From NCBI GenBank assembly GCA_965372795.1, contig CBDVDR010000006.1:32001-96000 (forward strand): a stretch of DNA of 64,000 bases. The letters run 5' to 3'. A model generated the notes under the pieces. That model was not told where the DNA came from. It saw nothing but the letters and a program-made list of their open reading frames with translations, and made no database searches. Shown in pieces: positions 1-10,671 of this stretch; positions within the stretch are counted from its first letter, which is position 1, and every line of letters begins with the position of its first letter. The stretch comes from an uncultured bacterium (GTDB taxonomy: Bacteria; Zixibacteria; MSB-5A5; GN15; FEB-12). The position numbers and the translations under genes were made by a program.

Positions 1-602
1 TTTGGATCAAGCTGCAGATATCTTTTCCAATAGACCTTTGCTGAATCATTTTGATCCATACCATAATAGACAATACCCATATTAAAATGAGCAATCGCGT
101 GTGCCGGACTGCCAGCAATAACAACTCTGAATTCTTCAATAGCTCTTTCAGGTAGTCCCATACTATGTAAGCATGCACCAAAATCAGTACGTACGTTAGG
201 ATCATCACCTTTGATTAATAACGCCCTTTTATAACATTCAGCCGCCATCGGATAATTACCTTGATCCATCGTCTGGTTACCTAATGTAATAAGACCTTCG
301 TAATCAGTTGGCATATTAGGGATTGCACCCATCATCCCAGCATCAGCATGAGGATTCTCATCCTGCGTATTTTGTTGTTGTACTGGCTGTTCAGGTTGTG
401 ATGGGGATTTCATTATATAGAAAGCTACTGCAACCAATACAATAACTCCAATTATAATAATGTTATCTCTCATAGAAGTATTCTTAGTTTTGCCGGTTTT
501 TTGGGGTGCCATTTTAGCAGCAATGGGATTTCCACAATCAGGACAAAATTTGCCATTCTCTGGAATTTCAGTTCCGCAATTTGTGCATTTTTTTAAACTC
601 AT
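1..602 (-). CDS. Zinc-ribbon + single TM + TPR protein (3' end runs off the window)
   Basis: Not in the ORF track; translated by hand from ATG at 602: MSLKKCTNCGTEIPENGKFCPDCGNP (two CxxC), hydrophobic IIIIGVIIVLVAVAFY, then TPR-like helices (AAECYKRALLIKGDDPNVRTDFGACL, AHFNMGIVYY). Open to the window edge. Confidence 0.8.
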   Translation of the reverse strand, partial: MSLKKCTNCGTEIPENGKFCPDCGNPIAAKMAPQKTGKTKNTSMRDNIIIIGVIVLVAVAFYIMKSPSQPEQPVQQQNTQDENPHADAGMMGAIPNMPTDYEGLITLGNQTMDQGNYPMAAECYKRALLIKGDDPNVRTDFGACLHSMGLPERAIEEFRVVIAGSPAHAIAHFNMGIVYYGMDQNDSAKVYWKRYLQLDP

Positions 603-759
603 CTTTTCCTTTCAAATCAATTCAAGTTTTCAAAAATATAAACGATCTTCATCTAAATGCAATAAAAATTGCCCGCTATTAACACTAAAAATATACTGAC
701 AGTTAATTCATTTTTCCCTATATTCATCAATGATTTACAACCTTTTGAAAGGATTCTTG

Positions 760-2478
760 ATGAAAAACATAATCATATTGTTATCAATTTTTACTCTTAT
801 TTTTTCAATTTCCGCTTTTGCTGTTCAAAATCCTTATACGGTTACAGCTGATTCGATATTTAAACATATCTCAGTTCTTGCAAACGATTCGCTTGAAGGC
901 AGAAGAGTTGGCGATCCGGGTGAATTAGCCGCTTCAAAATATATCCGTTCTATTTTTGAATCTGCCGGGCTTCATCCAAAAGGCGATAACGGAAGTTTTA
1001 TACAAGAATTCCAATTTAATCGAGAGATCAAGCCGGGCGACAAAAACCGACTGGTCGTAAATGGAGTTGAACTTCAGTTGAAAGAGGAATTTCAGCCGCT
1101 ATTTCAATCAGGAAATATGGTGTTTGAATTTGATGAAGTCGAGTTCGTAGATTTTGGTTTTAAAATTCCAAAGGATGATGGCGGATATAATGACTACGAG
1201 AATAAAGATGTTAATGGAAAAGCTGTTATAATAAAACGCTTTGCTCCTTCTTCTGAAGATAATCCTCATGTAGATTTTGACAAATACAGTTCATTGACAG
1301 ATAAAATTCAAACGGCAATTGATCAAAAAGCAGCCGGTGTATTTTTTATAACTCCTGATAAATTTGATGATACTCTCTTCACAGAGATGTCTGCCAATAT
1401 AACTCCCAAAAATATTCCAATTGTTTTATTGAGAAGAACAGCGCTTGAGCGAATCGGTTTAGATTTAGAAAAGCCTGAGATTAGTACAATAGCAGGTGAA
1501 ACCGAAATGATTAAAATAAAAGATACTGCTTATAACGTAGTTGGTTATGTACCAACCGGTAATGACACAACATTTATAATCGGGGCTCATTATGATCATC
1601 TTGGCTGGGGCGGTCATTCATCACTATATCGTGAAAAAGAGCCTATGATTCACAATGGGGCTGATGATAACGGTTCGGGAACCTCAGCAATGTTAGAAAT
1701 GGCAAGATACTATTCAACGCATCGTGATGAGTTAAAATACTCAATTCTGTTTATTGCTTTTACGGGTGAAGAATACGGTCTTTTGGGTGCGGGGCATTTT
1801 GCAAAAAATATGACCATTGATTCATCGAAGGTACGGATGATGATTAATCTGGATATGATTGGACGTTTGAAAGATCAGGATGATGGACTTGCTGTTTTAG
1901 GAACCGGCACCTGTGATGAATTTAAGACATATTTTGATTCATTAAAACAGACCGAATTGACCCTTGCCCTTAAAGAATCTGGCTCAGGTCCTTCTGATCA
2001 GACTGTTTTCTATAATAGAAAAATACCCTCTTTACATTTATTTACCGGGGCTCACAAGGATTACCATAAACCTTCAGATGACGTTGAAAAAATTGATGCT
2101 CCGGGAATTTTAAAAGTGATCAATTTTGCTTCTGAAATGATTGAGTATTTTGATAATTATAGCGGTCCTCTAACTTTTCGTAAAACTAAAGATTCCGGAG
2201 AAGGTAAAAAACGAACTCGTTTTTCGGTCACACTGGGAATCATGCCTGATTATGTTGCTGAAGTTAGAGGTGTAAAAGTTGATGGTGTAACACCTGAGAA
2301 ACCCGGTGAAAAAGCTGGTATTCTCGAGGGTGATATTATCATTAAACTTGGGGATAAAATTCTTGGTGATATTTATGATTATATGAGTTGTCTGGGTAAA
2401 TTCCGCAAAGGAGATTCTACCACTGTTGTTGTTGAAAGAGGAACCGACACTTTGACTTTGCCATTAAATTTTGATTAA
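760..2478 (+). CDS. Secreted M28 family metallo-aminopeptidase with PA and C-terminal PDZ domains
   Basis: GAHYDHLG, GADDNGSG, FTGEEYGLLG, NLDMIGR and DYHKPSD motifs; PDZ (TLGIMPD...PGEKAGI); signal peptide. Start moved from 730 to ATG 760, which follows GAAAGGA. Confidence 0.92.
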   Translation: MKNIIILLSIFTLIFSISAFAVQNPYTVTADSIFKHISVLANDSLEGRRVGDPGELAASKYIRSIFESAGLHPKGDNGSFIQEFQFNREIKPGDKNRLVVNGVELQLKEEFQPLFQSGNMVFEFDEVEFVDFGFKIPKDDGGYNDYENKDVNGKAVIIKRFAPSSEDNPHVDFDKYSSLTDKIQTAIDQKAAGVFFITPDKFDDTLFTEMSANITPKNIPIVLLRRTALERIGLDLEKPEISTIAGETEMIKIKDTAYNVVGYVPTGNDTTFIIGAHYDHLGWGGHSSLYREKEPMIHNGADDNGSGTSAMLEMARYYSTHRDELKYSILFIAFTGEEYGLLGAGHFAKNMTIDSSKVRMMINLDMIGRLKDQDDGLAVLGTGTCDEFKTYFDSLKQTELTLALKESGSGPSDQTVFYNRKIPSLHLFTGAHKDYHKPSDDVEKIDAPGILKVINFASEMIEYFDNYSGPLTFRKTKDSGEGKKRTRFSVTLGIMPDYVAEVRGVKVDGVTPEKPGEKAGILEGDIIIKLGDKILGDIYDYMSCLGKFRKGDSTTVVVERGTDTLTLPLNFD

Positions 2479-2533
2479 AACAGAGTTTATTAGGATTTTG
2501 ATATTGGTTAGAAGGTTTTAAAGCTGCGTTTTT

Positions 2534-4678
2534 TTAATCTTCTTTCCCTTTATTACCGCCTTTAGCCCGTTTAATAGAAATCACACCTTTGATTTTTCGA
2601 ACTTTATCAAAAATTCGATTGAGATGTGACAAACTTGCCACCTCAACTAAGAAGCTGCCAACCGCAGTTGTATCTTTGGACTCCATCTCAGCTGCCCGCA
2701 CATTTGTATCGGCATCAGCAATTGCCTGAGTTATATCACGCAGCATATTTTTACGATCTTCAACAACCATTTCCAATTCAACAATAAATGACTGTCCTTT
2801 TTCCGTATCCCAATTCACATCAATTTTTCGCTCCGGGAATTGTTCCTGTAAATATAAACCGCTGGAACAATCAGACCGATGAATTGTCACACCTCTTCCC
2901 CTTGTAATAAAACCAACAATATCCTCACCGGGAACCGGTTGACAACATCCCGCAAAACGGAACATCATATTATCCATACCGTGAACTTTGATGCCTTTTG
3001 AACCTCTAATACGTTCAATAACTTTCCCGACAAAACCCGGGGTCTCTTTTTTCTTTTCAGGTGCAATTAAATCAATAAGACGATGCGAAGTAATAGAACC
3101 ATCGCCAATGGCACCGAAAAGATCCTCTATCGTTTTTTTGTCAAGTTTCTCTGCTACTTCAAGCATAATATCATTTGACGGCATGGGAAGTCTGAGGCTT
3201 TTCAGTTTTCTTTCTATGATCTGTTTACCAAGGCTGACCGATTGGTCATATCCAGCTTGTTTAAGCCATTTTTTTATCTTTGCTCTGGCACGGGAAGTTT
3301 TAACCAGTTTTAACCAGTCATGCGATGGCGAGCGATTTGGATTAGTGATAATTTCCACTGAATCAGCAGTATTTAATTCTGTTGAAAGAGGCACAAGGCG
3401 GCCATTTACTTTAGAACCGGAACAATGGATGCCGACTTCGGTATGAATTGCAAAGGCAAAGTCAAGCGGGGTAGCACCTTTGGGAAGGTTTATTAATTTA
3501 CCTTCCGGCGTGTAAACAAAAATATCTTCCGTGTACAAATCAATTTTCAGGTATTCCAAAAACTCTGAGGGATTTGTCATATCTCGTTGCCATTCGAGTA
3601 CATCACGAAGCCATATCATCTGCCTGTCATCTTTACTCATGGCTTGTTTTCCCTCTTTGTAAAGCCAATGAGCAGCAATTCCATTTTCTGCAACATAATG
3701 CATCTGATGAGTACGAATCTGTACTTCTACCATTTTTTGTTGAGGACCGACAACAGTTGTATGCAGTGACCGGTATCCATTCGATTTGGGATTAGCGATA
3801 TAATCATGAAACCGCCCTGAAACAGGTTTCCACATTGTGTGCAGTATGCCCATGGTGTGATAGCAGTCCCGTTCATTGTTTACAATAATTCGAAGTGCAA
3901 ACAGATCAAAAATTTCTTCAAAAGGGACATTTCTTATTTTTATTTTCCGGAAGATAGAGTCGAGATGTTTGGCTCGTCCATGCACCTTTGCCGTTAGATT
4001 ATTTTTTATAAGGGCTTCTTTGATCGGAACAACGAGTTCCTGGATGTAGGCGATGCGTTCTTCTTTTTTCTCTTTGACTCGCTGGACAAGATCATTATAA
4101 ATTTCTGATTCGACATATTTTAGAGAAAGGTCTTCAAGTTCTATTTTGATTTTGTTAATTCCAAAACGATGCGCCAGCGGAGCATATACTTCGCGGGTTT
4201 CTCTTGCAATTATCAGTCTTTTTTCTTCGGGAAGATGTTCTAAAGTTCGCATATTGTGCAGACGGTCGGCAAGCTTGATCAGGATGACTCTGATATCCCG
4301 AGACATTGTCAAGAGCATCTTACGGAAATATTCCACTTGCTGTTCTTCTCGCGAGGCAAAATGAACAGCGCCGATTTTTGTCACGCCGTCGACCAGTTCG
4401 GCGATTTCATCAGAAAATTCCCGACGTAATTCTTCAATCGTGATTTCAGTATCTTCAACCACATCATGAATCAACCCGGCAGCTATTGTTGCTGAGTCCA
4501 TATGTTGTTCTGCAAGGACAAAAGCGACTTCAAGGCAATGCTGAATATATGGTTCACCGGATGATCGTTTCTGACCGGCATGTGCTTTATCTGAAAATTC
4601 GTATGCTTTCCGAATTAACGGGATATTAACATTAGCGTTGAAAGATTCAATTCTAATTATAAACTCTGCCAGATTCAT
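2534..4678 (-). CDS. rel: Bifunctional (p)ppGpp synthetase/hydrolase (long RSH)
   Basis: Intact HD motif (IHDVVEDT), synthetase motifs (YRSLH, EVQIRT), TGS (TPLDFAFAIHT), CC zinc finger and ACT domain. Confidence 0.96.
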   Translation of the reverse strand: MNLAEFIIRIESFNANVNIPLIRKAYEFSDKAHAGQKRSSGEPYIQHCLEVAFVLAEQHMDSATIAAGLIHDVVEDTEITIEELRREFSDEIAELVDGVTKIGAVHFASREEQQVEYFRKMLLTMSRDIRVILIKLADRLHNMRTLEHLPEEKRLIIARETREVYAPLAHRFGINKIKIELEDLSLKYVESEIYNDLVQRVKEKKEERIAYIQELVVPIKEALIKNNLTAKVHGRAKHLDSIFRKIKIRNVPFEEIFDLFALRIIVNNERDCYHTMGILHTMWKPVSGRFHDYIANPKSNGYRSLHTTVVGPQQKMVEVQIRTHQMHYVAENGIAAHWLYKEGKQAMSKDDRQMIWLRDVLEWQRDMTNPSEFLEYLKIDLYTEDIFVYTPEGKLINLPKGATPLDFAFAIHTEVGIHCSGSKVNGRLVPLSTELNTADSVEIITNPNRSPSHDWLKLVKTSRARAKIKKWLKQAGYDQSVSLGKQIIERKLKSLRLPMPSNDIMLEVAEKLDKKTIEDLFGAIGDGSITSHRLIDLIAPEKKKETPGFVGKVIERIRGSKGIKVHGMDNMMFRFAGCCQPVPGEDIVGFITRGRGVTIHRSDCSSGLYLQEQFPERKIDVNWDTEKGQSFIVELEMVVEDRKNMLRDITQAIADADTNVRAAEMESKDTTAVGSFLVEVASLSHLNRIFDKVRKIKGVISIKRAKGGNKGKED

Positions 4679-4688
4679 ATTTAATAAT

Positions 4689-5726
4689 TCAACTTTTAGG
4701 TTTTATCATATCAATTATTTCAGCCGCAACCTGATTTTCATCAATTGTTTCCATGCACTGACATTTTTTCGGTGGACAGTTACACTCTGTATTTATCGGC
4801 ATAATTACTTTATGACCTTTACCAAGCGGCCCCCACCTTACCGGTGACATAATTTTGTTAGAAGGATATAAGCCCAGCACTTTTGTGTCTGTTGCAGCGG
4901 CTAGATGCAACGGTCCGGTAGAATTTGCCACAACCAGTTCAGCTAAGGATAAAACCGCGGCCAGAGTTCTTAAATCAGTATCGCCGGCAATTGACATAAT
5001 GTCAATTTTCAGCTTAGCGGCTTCTTCTTCTATCCTCTTTCCTTCAACTTCAGAACCAGTCATAATTACTGAAATGCCAGATTTTTTTAATAGTTCAAAT
5101 AGTTTAATAAATTTATGTAATTGCCAGCATTCAGCAGAACCACCTGAACCGGGATGCAGGATGACAAATTCATTCTCGATATTATTTTCGCCTAAAATCC
5201 GCCTGGCATTGTTTATTTCTTTATCACGAAGATAAACCTTTGGAACCTTAATCAGTTCACCTTTTTTGAAAAGATGAAGAAAGTCTAGATTATATTCACA
5301 TTCGTGTTTTTTGTTTTCTTTGCGGGTATGGTAAATATGCTGGTTAAAAAAGACCGACACGAATCTTCGAGCTGTCCCGACTCTTATTGGAATCTTGGCT
5401 TGATGGAATAATCGTGAGATTCGTCTTTCAGGGAAAAGAGCAACGACAATTTTATAATTTTCTTTCTTAATCTTTTGCAAAAGATCTTTTTTATATAGCG
5501 GGTCTTTAATCATCTGGTCATTCTGGACGCGTATGATTTTATTTATTTTATCATTATTCTCAATTATTGGCGATGCATACAAAGATGTAAGGACATCAAT
5601 ACTGCAATCCGGGTAACGAAGTTTCATATTTTCAACAAACGGCAAAGCCAAGATCAGATCGCCGAGTTTATCGGAGCGACTTATAAGAATTTTATCACCG
5701 GGTTGTATTTTAATCTCTTTAGCCAT
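4689..5726 (-). CDS. Glycosyltransferase family 9 (heptosyltransferase-like)
   Basis: RSDKLGDLILALP, HPGSGG and NSTGPLHLAAA motifs. Confidence 0.9.
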   Translation of the reverse strand: MAKEIKIQPGDKILISRSDKLGDLILALPFVENMKLRYPDCSIDVLTSLYASPIIENNDKINKIIRVQNDQMIKDPLYKKDLLQKIKKENYKIVVALFPERRISRLFHQAKIPIRVGTARRFVSVFFNQHIYHTRKENKKHECEYNLDFLHLFKKGELIKVPKVYLRDKEINNARRILGENNIENEFVILHPGSGGSAECWQLHKFIKLFELLKKSGISVIMTGSEVEGKRIEEEAAKLKIDIMSIAGDTDLRTLAAVLSLAELVVANSTGPLHLAAATDTKVLGLYPSNKIMSPVRWGPLGKGHKVIMPINTECNCPPKKCQCMETIDENQVAAEIIDMIKPKS

Positions 5727-5729
5727 CTA

Positions 5730-6482
5730 TTATCTATCTTTCTTTCTTTGTAAATCGTATAACTTTGAATATTTAACCAATACCGCGACTGAAGATAAAA
5801 CAGCTAAAACAAAGCCTTCAATTCCATCAAGAAATCCGCTTTTAAAAAAGTAATGTTTCAAAAACGCAGCCAGAGGTCGAATGGTTATATCACTCAGATT
5901 GAAACGTCGACCTTTTTCATAAAGTTCTTTTGCTCCCAGAGTCGTGTATTTATTAAACTTATCAAAATAATGATCCAGATCAGGATAGCTGTAATGGAGC
6001 ATGTCATATTTAGAATAGGCTGATTTTCCATTTAGTACAACTTTCTCATGCACAATTGCATCATCAAATTGTCCCGAGTTTTTTCTGAATAATCTCAATA
6101 CATAATCAGGGTACCATCCACTATGTTTTATCCAACGTCCTAAGAATTGGGTTTTCCTTCTGATGAAAAGTCCTTTGAACTCTTTTGGATTTTTAACAAA
6201 GTTTATAATTTCATCCTGTAATTCTTTGGTTACTTCTTCATCAGCATCAATTGAAAATATCCAATCGCCGGTTGCTTCGGTTACTCCGGCACCTTTGGCA
6301 ATACCAAAACCCCGCCACTTTGGGGAAATAATTTTCGCATGGTATTCTTTGGCGATATCAACGGTTTTATCAGTCGATTGACTGTCAACGACAACTATTT
6401 CATCTGCCCATTTTACAGAGTCCAGACAACGGCGAAGATTATGCTCTTCGTTTTTGGTTATAACAACTGCTGATATTTTCAT
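5730..6482 (-). CDS. Glycosyltransferase family 2 (KdtX/WaaE-like LPS glucosyltransferase)
   Basis: ITKNEE, VVDSQSTD, IDADE, WYPDYVLRLF, VHE and GFLDG motifs. Confidence 0.9.
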   Translation of the reverse strand: MKISAVVITKNEEHNLRRCLDSVKWADEIVVVDSQSTDKTVDIAKEYHAKIISPKWRGFGIAKGAGVTEATGDWIFSIDADEEVTKELQDEIINFVKNPKEFKGLFIRRKTQFLGRWIKHSGWYPDYVLRLFRKNSGQFDDAIVHEKVVLNGKSAYSKYDMLHYSYPDLDHYFDKFNKYTTLGAKELYEKGRRFNLSDITIRPLAAFLKHYFFKSGFLDGIEGFVLAVLSSVAVLVKYSKLYDLQRKKDR

Positions 6483-7597
6483 TTTAGCTCCAGCAGTTTC
6501 TGTTCAATTGCAAGTTTTTGGAATGTTTTAACAACATCATCGGGGGTTATATCATGAATATTATCATCATTGTTAGAGACAACCTCCCCAACGGACTGCT
6601 TATATGGCCGCCATAATAGAAAGTTTTTCATAAACTGAGTATACAGCCCAACGACATTGACCTTAAACGAGCGGGCAATATGCACTAAAGAAGTATCCGG
6701 GCTGATTAATAAGTTAAGATTTTTAATGACTGCTGAGGCTTGAATAAGATTCATTTGGTCAGGGATCAAATACACAGAGTTATTGATTTGACTTTTAACT
6801 TCTTCTGCCCGTTTTCGTTCAGTTGGGATAGTAAACAAAATCATTTTGATATTGCGGTTCAAAGCAATTAAACTTTTTACTAACTCAACCGACTTTGACA
6901 TCTCCCACACCCTTGTTGGCGCTCCGGCAGACAGATTATATCCGATAAGCAATGATGAGTCGCTGCCATTTTTAACCGTTTCAATAAATTCCCTGGCTTT
7001 ATTGGAAGAATCATCATCAATGAAAGGCGGAGCAAAACCATCGATAGTTGCACTGTCGATATTAAAGGCATCCAGAAGTTTTAGTGTATTCTCAATTATA
7101 TGTCCGGTGTTTCCCATTCTATGATCGTAATTAAAATCATAATATTCCTGATACTTTATTTTCCCAACACCAATCCGTGGTTTTCCACGGGAAAGTATTT
7201 GTGACAGGAATAAGGCAGTTACGGAATCATCACAGATCATATCAACAACGCAGTCATAATTTTCATTTCGCATCGCACGAATTGTTTTTATATCTTTCCA
7301 GAGATTTTTAGTATACAAGAATATTTTTTCGAATCTAGGATCATTTTTAATTATAGCATAATTTTTGGGAGAGCCTAAAATAGAAATTTTGATATTGGGA
7401 AAATGTTTTACAAGGCCATCAAACACCGGAAACGAAATGACCATATCTCCGATTTTTTCAGGTCTCAAAAATAGAACTTTTTTAATTTTTGTGCCATCAA
7501 GCGGGACAAAATTTTCCTTGCCCTTTTTCAATGTCTTTCGGAAAATTGAAAAGAAGAAAGCTTTGAACTTATGTTCTATAGGTTTCAGCTTATCCAT
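6479..7597 (-). CDS. Glycosyltransferase family 9
   Basis: RPEKIGDMVISFP and ISPDTSLVHIA motifs. Start set at ATG 7597, which overlaps the upstream stop (TAATG). Confidence 0.88.
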   Translation of the reverse strand: MDKLKPIEHKFKAFFFSIFRKTLKKGKENFVPLDGTKIKKVLFLRPEKIGDMVISFPVFDGLVKHFPNIKISILGSPKNYAIIKNDPRFEKIFLYTKNLWKDIKTIRAMRNENYDCVVDMICDDSVTALFLSQILSRGKPRIGVGKIKYQEYYDFNYDHRMGNTGHIIENTLKLLDAFNIDSATIDGFAPPFIDDDSSNKAREFIETVKNGSDSSLLIGYNLSAGAPTRVWEMSKSVELVKSLIALNRNIKMILFTIPTERKRAEEVKSQINNSVYLIPDQMNLIQASAVIKNLNLLISPDTSLVHIARSFKVNVVGLYTQFMKNFLLWRPYKQSVGEVVSNNDDNIHDITPDDVVKTFQKLAIEQKLLELK

Positions 7598-8715
7598 TAG
7601 TTTGTTATTTTCGAGCAATAGCGATTTAGATACTGTTCTATATTACTAATCATCATTTCAAGTTGAAAGATATCTTCCCATCTTTTGACTCCTGCCATTC
7701 CCATAGTTAACATACGGTCGGGGTTGCTGAGAAGTTTATTTACAGTAGTGGAAATGAGGTCCTGCTTTTCTGATTCAATTAAAACCGCGGTTGCTCCATC
7801 TTTAACAACTTCTGGAATTCCTCCGACTTTGCTGGCAACAATCGGCAGACCGGCACGCATCCCTTCAAGGATCGAAATGCCAAAGGGCTCCTCAACCGAG
7901 GGATGGATCATCAAATCTGATCCGGCAAGTTCCTTATCAAGATTATCAAGCATCCCGGCAAAAATAAAGTAATTTTCAATGTTTAGGCTTTTTATTCGAT
8001 CCTGCAATAAACCTTTTAAAGGACCATCACCCAACCACAGAAATTTAATTTTTGGATAATTTTCTATAATTGCCGGAGCAGCTTCAACCAGAAATTTGTG
8101 CCCTTTTTGATCGACAAAACGCCCCGATGTGATCGCAATAATGGAATCCTTTGCAATATCATATTTGTTACAAATAGAGTCTTTAGCCAGGACTTTGTCA
8201 TGCTTATTTTTGATGGGCGGTATTCCGATTGGAATAACTTTGACACTGTCCGGTTCGATATATCCTTTTGAGATAATCTGTTTTTTTAGAGCTTCTGAAG
8301 GTGTAATCACGCCATCAATTAATTTTGGGGTCAAGAATTTGTGTGAAAAACTATCTTTGGTAATATCCAAACCAACCGACCAAATAACTTTTGGAGAACC
8401 TTCCCAACGAGCGGCAAGACCACCCAGTCGGATATCTTTGGTAAAGTTTGTGACAACAATATCAATTTTATTTTCAGTAATAAATTTTTTAATTTTATTT
8501 ATAGTCGATGGATTAAAATCACCGGATATATTTAACGGAAGGAAATTTATATTGTTCGAGTTTTTTTTAGCTCTTGCAAGAAATTTGGACCCTGAACGAC
8601 CTACTATTGTCACCTTATGATTACGATCGGCAAGTCCCTGGGCAACAAGCCGTATCCATTCTTCCATGCCGCCATAGGTCTCAACTTCGATAGAATCAAG
8701 AAATAGAATATTCAT
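7597..8715 (-). CDS. Glycosyltransferase family 4
   Basis: GGMEEW, GRFVDQKGH and EPFGISILEGMRAGLPIVASKVGGIPE motifs. Confidence 0.92.
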   Translation of the reverse strand: MNILFLDSIEVETYGGMEEWIRLVAQGLADRNHKVTIVGRSGSKFLARAKKNSNNINFLPLNISGDFNPSTINKIKKFITENKIDIVVTNFTKDIRLGGLAARWEGSPKVIWSVGLDITKDSFSHKFLTPKLIDGVITPSEALKKQIISKGYIEPDSVKVIPIGIPPIKNKHDKVLAKDSICNKYDIAKDSIIAITSGRFVDQKGHKFLVEAAPAIIENYPKIKFLWLGDGPLKGLLQDRIKSLNIENYFIFAGMLDNLDKELAGSDLMIHPSVEEPFGISILEGMRAGLPIVASKVGGIPEVVKDGATAVLIESEKQDLISTTVNKLLSNPDRMLTMGMAGVKRWEDIFQLEMMISNIEQYLNRYCSKITN

Positions 8716-10592
8716 CGATCCTCCGAGAATTGGATGGAATGCAGTCGTTTGTATGTACCGCCGTTTTGCAAAAGTTCTTCATGCGAACCAGATTCAGTAA
8801 TCACACCATTATCAATAACAAATATCCGATTAGCATTCTTGATAGTTGATAGTCGGTGAGCGATCACTAATGATGTCCGACTTGACATCAGGCGATCAAT
8901 CGCTTCCTGAACCAGAACTTCCGACTCAGTATCAAGGGCGGAAGTTGCTTCATCGAAAATCAAAATTTGCGGATCTTTCAGCAATGCCCTGGCAATTGCT
9001 ATTCGCTGACGTTGTCCTCCGGAAAGCATCACCCCTCTATTGCCGACCGGGGTTTCATATTGGCGATCAAGCTGAGTAATAAATTCGTGGGCATTAGCCA
9101 TTTTTGAGGCTTCAATTATTTTTTCTTCAGAGACACCCTCTAAACCGTAAGCAATATTATTTCGAATGGTATCATTAAACAGATATGTTTCCTGAGTCAC
9201 AATTCCCATTAGATTACGCAGGGAATTCAAGGTCAAATCACGAATGTCAATTCCATCAATTTTAATTTGACCTTCCAGAGTGTCATAAAACCTTGGGAGT
9301 AGATCAAGCAAAGTCGATTTTCCGCCTCCTGACGGACCGACAAAAGCAACCACCTCGCCCGCTTTGACTTCAAAAGAGATGTTTTTCAAAACCGGCTCTG
9401 AGGGATTGTAACTAAAGCTGACATTGTTGTAACTAATTGATTGTTTTAACAGATCAATCGTTTTAGGGTGAGGCGGATCAACAACCTTCTCTACCGTATC
9501 CATCACTTCAAAAACACGCTCGGCAGCTGCCATCCCTTCCTGTAATTTTACATGAATTTGCGTTAGGGATTTAACCGGCTTTATCAAAGAGAACATAGCC
9601 ACAACATAAGTTAAAAAATCACCGGCATCTAATTCACCGGTTCCGGCAATGATTTTACTTCCGGCGTACAACAAAATCATAATTCCGGCGAGGGTTGCAA
9701 GGATATCATTAATCGGCGATGCCAGATGTCTTATGCGGGTCATCCGCAACAGAGCGATAAAATAGTTATAGGTTGCGCCAAAAAATTTATTCAGCTCAAA
9801 TTGTTCCATTGAAAAGGCTTTTACAATACGAATATTGTTAATTGATTCTTCAAGAACCGAATTAACATCAGCCATTCTCTCTTGTGATCGTTCCGAATAT
9901 TTTCGTAATTTTTTCCCGATAAACCAGATAAAGCCGAAAACCAAAGGCAGAATTACCATTGCTAAAATCGTTAATTTCCAGCTGATTATAATTAGAAAAG
10001 CCGAGAATAACAGAACCATGATACTGTCAGTAACAAGTCGGTTAAATCCAATATCAATAGACTCATTCAGGACGACCACATCGTTGGTAACTCTTGAAAT
10101 TATCTGCCCTGTTCGGCGGGAATGAAAATAATCAAGGGAGAGTTTTTGATATTTTTTAAAGAGATTATCTCGAAAGGTTTTAATAATTGATTGTTGCACG
10201 AATGCCATGAAAAATCCCTGCAAATACAAAAACAGGTTTTTCCCAAATACAATGAAGAAAATAAACCAGCAATATTTGACCAGAGTATCCTGTCGGGTCT
10301 CTCCTAAAACAAGCGAATCAATCCAGGCTTTCATAGAATCTTTAATTGAGCCAACACCGGTTGAAACCGATTCAATAACACCTTTTGAATCCGAAGGATT
10401 TATTGTTTGTTCAATTACTACTTCCGGAATCCCGGGTGCATTTTCAACCTGAAACAGAGTCATAAGCAACGGACCAACCATCCATACCAGCATTCCTGAT
10501 AAAATAGCATGGAGTGCGGCTGAAACCGAAGCGGTAACAAGCTGTTTCCAACAGGGCTTTAAAGCCCCAAATGTACGTTTATATAAATTCAC
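8712..10592 (-). CDS. msbA: MsbA-like ABC exporter (fused TMD-NBD), probable lipid A flippase
   Basis: Walker A GPSGGGKST, LSGGQRQR, DEATSALD; multi-TM N-terminal domain; heads an LPS glycosyltransferase operon. Confidence 0.8.
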   Translation of the reverse strand: MNLYKRTFGALKPCWKQLVTASVSAALHAILSGMLVWMVGPLLMTLFQVENAPGIPEVVIEQTINPSDSKGVIESVSTGVGSIKDSMKAWIDSLVLGETRQDTLVKYCWFIFFIVFGKNLFLYLQGFFMAFVQQSIIKTFRDNLFKKYQKLSLDYFHSRRTGQIISRVTNDVVVLNESIDIGFNRLVTDSIMVLLFSAFLIIISWKLTILAMVILPLVFGFIWFIGKKLRKYSERSQERMADVNSVLEESINNIRIVKAFSMEQFELNKFFGATYNYFIALLRMTRIRHLASPINDILATLAGIMILLYAGSKIIAGTGELDAGDFLTYVVAMFSLIKPVKSLTQIHVKLQEGMAAAERVFEVMDTVEKVVDPPHPKTIDLLKQSISYNNVSFSYNPSEPVLKNISFEVKAGEVVAFVGPSGGGKSTLLDLLPRFYDTLEGQIKIDGIDIRDLTLNSLRNLMGIVTQETYLFNDTIRNNIAYGLEGVSEEKIIEASKMANAHEFITQLDRQYETPVGNRGVMLSGGQRQRIAIARALLKDPQILIFDEATSALDTESEVLVQEAIDRLMSSRTSLVIAHRLSTIKNANRIFVIDNGVITESGSHEELLQNGGTYKRLHSIQFSEDR

Positions 10593-10671
10593 TTTATTTT
10601 ACCAATTCTCATATAATCTTTTAATATTGGGAATTCCCACAAAGAAGTCAACCGTACTAACTAAGTGAATT

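Noticed and set aside
460..851. Short plus-strand ORFs 460-699 and 669-851
   Set aside because: They are shadows of the minus-strand zinc-ribbon/TPR gene and of the M28 peptidase start.
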